This document shows positions 62,628-64,000 of a DNA stretch of 64,000 bases, piece by piece (positions within the stretch are counted from its first letter, which is position 1; every line of letters starts with the position of its first letter). The translations under genes and the position numbers were made by a program. Source of the DNA: Shewanella sp. (GTDB lineage: Bacteria > Pseudomonadota > Gammaproteobacteria > Enterobacterales > Shewanellaceae); assembly GCA_037132815.1 (NCBI GenBank), contig JBAHZX010000104.1, positions 16,599 to 80,598 of the forward strand, written 5' to 3'. The notes under the pieces were generated by a model. It saw only the letters and a list, made by a program, of their open reading frames with translations, was not told the DNA's origin and ran no database searches.

Positions 62628-64000
62628 TTAAAACTTCTGGCTAAGACGAAGGTAAAAAGTACGTCCTAATACATCATATAGGCCCGTGTTAACATCACGG
62701 TAGCCTGGGTAATCCTCCCAAACTGGAGCTGTTTTATCAAATAAGTTGTTAACACCAACAGTGACTGAGCCATTCCAATCATGTGCATATGACACTTGGA
62801 AGTTATGTTTAAAGTAACTAGGTGTGTCTATATAAGTGTCATAGGAACTACTTAGATCTCTATAGTACTGAGCTGATTGACTACTAATATAGATGGTTGT
62901 CCATGCTGCACTGAAGTCATCATAGTACCAAGCGGCGGCAAAGTTACCACGCCAGTCTGGATAATCCTGTACCCCTGAGTAATCTATAACCTCTGACTCT
63001 GAATCAGTTTGCTTCTCAAAGGCAAGGATATGTGTGAGGTCAAGCTTAAGGTCGAAATCACCATAACCTGTTTCTATATGATAATTAGTCGCGAAATCAA
63101 AACCTGAGGTCTCAACTGACGCCATGTTGACATAACCCGTTTCGATATACTCAATCTTACCATCGGGTCCACGAGTCACAAAATCTGAACTACCATTGAT
63201 GTTTTCCTCAAGGATAATATCTGCAACACTAATTGCCTCAATTTTATTATCATAAGTAATTGAGTAGTACGATAGCTCCATGCTCCAGTCATCGCTGATG
63301 TTCCACACACCACCAAGAGTTAAAGACTCACCTTCTTCGGCGTCTAAATCTGGATTTCCACCAAACCAAGTCTTATGTTGATTACCCGTTGAACAGTAAG
63401 TTGTATCAGTATTAGCATCGCACCAAACCGAATCAACAGACGACACAAAGCTTAACGATTGTGATGAGAACATCTCGCTCATGTTTGGCGCGCGAAATGA
63501 CTCGCCAAAACTGGCACGAAGCAGCAAGCTTTCAACTGGACGCCAAGTGATACCAATCTTAGGCACCACAGCATCGAACGTTGAGGAGTTCGTTACCACC
63601 CCCTCAGCACCGCTTAATGAACCTTCTTGCTCATAACGATCATAACGAAGAGCGGCTGATATTTCTACACTGGCTGGCAAGCCAATCATAATTTCAGTAT
63701 ACGCTGACTGACGAGTACGATCAGCGTCAACATCATCGCCACCTGATCCACCAGAGATGATACCTGCAGCAGATTCTGGATCTGATGTCTGCTTAAAGTT
63801 GATCATTTCATACTCAACACCACCAACGATGGCCACTGAAAAATCACCGTCTTCCATAATCAGGGTACTGGCTAGAGCATCAAACTGGGTGCTATCAAAC
63901 TTTCCTTGATAAACCCCAGTGTGACCGGCTGCACCATAAAGCTCAGCCATCTGCAGTTCCCAGTCTTCATAGCTCATACCTGTGGTGTTAAATATATCGT
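62628..64000 (-). CDS. TonB-dependent outer-membrane receptor, 3' part (runs off the window)
   Basis: ALRYDRYE, PKIGITWRP, RASFGESFRAP, GNPDLDAEE, GVNNLFDK, GRTFYLRLSQKF with terminal Phe. Confidence 0.92.
   Translation of the reverse strand, partial: DIFNTTGMSYEDWELQMAELYGAAGHTGVYQGKFDSTQFDALASTLIMEDGDFSVAIVGGVEYEMINFKQTSDPESAAGIISGGSGGDDVDADRTRQSAYTEIMIGLPASVEISAALRYDRYEQEGSLSGAEGVVTNSSTFDAVVPKIGITWRPVESLLLRASFGESFRAPNMSEMFSSQSLSFVSSVDSVWCDANTDTTYCSTGNQHKTWFGGNPDLDAEEGESLTLGGVWNISDDWSMELSYYSITYDNKIEAISVADIILEENINGSSDFVTRGPDGKIEYIETGYVNMASVETSGFDFATNYHIETGYGDFDLKLDLTHILAFEKQTDSESEVIDYSGVQDYPDWRGNFAAAWYYDDFSAAWTTIYISSQSAQYYRDLSSSYDTYIDTPSYFKHNFQVSYAHDWNGSVTVGVNNLFDKTAPVWEDYPGYRDVNTGLYDVLGRTFYLRLSQKF

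Overview
Gammaproteobacterial chromosome segment, most likely Shewanella or a close marine relative (inferred from protein character and gene content, not from a search). Bases 1-23.4 kb are housekeeping: minE (3' end), rnd, fadD, an alpha/beta hydrolase, a secreted methyltransferase-like protein, an M50 peptidase, tsaB, yoaA, the hisGDCBHAF(IE) operon with a His-rich leader and attenuator, purC, a lipid A late acyltransferase and pheS-pheT-ihfA. From about 24.1 to 60.9 kb, between pheS and corA, lies a ~37 kb anaerobic purine/urate catabolic locus related to the E. coli ygeV-ygeW-ygeX-ygeY-hyuA-yqeABC-mocA-ygfK-ssnA-ygfM-xdhD-guaD-ghxQ region. It has four additions I do not recall from the E. 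coli locus: (i) aspartate carbamoyltransferase pyrB-pyrI at the end of the ygfK-ssnA-xdh gene run, which suggests purine-derived carbamoyl phosphate is fed into pyrimidine synthesis; (ii) pyruvate:ferredoxin oxidoreductase plus a GltD-like flavin/Fe-S oxidoreductase after carbamate kinase, which would close a redox loop; (iii) a non-E. coli-type three-subunit Mo hydroxylase; (iv) a Tsx/OmpK-like outer-membrane channel. The sequence also shows a coherent regulatory grammar: three sigma54 promoters, each with an upstream TATCA-N3-TGATA palindrome (candidate YgeV enhancer), and an identical 14-bp FNR-like box at nearly fixed spacing at two of them. The window ends with corA, a small membrane protein and the 3' part of a TonB-dependent receptor. 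No rRNA, tRNA, CRISPR array, integrase or transposase was seen.
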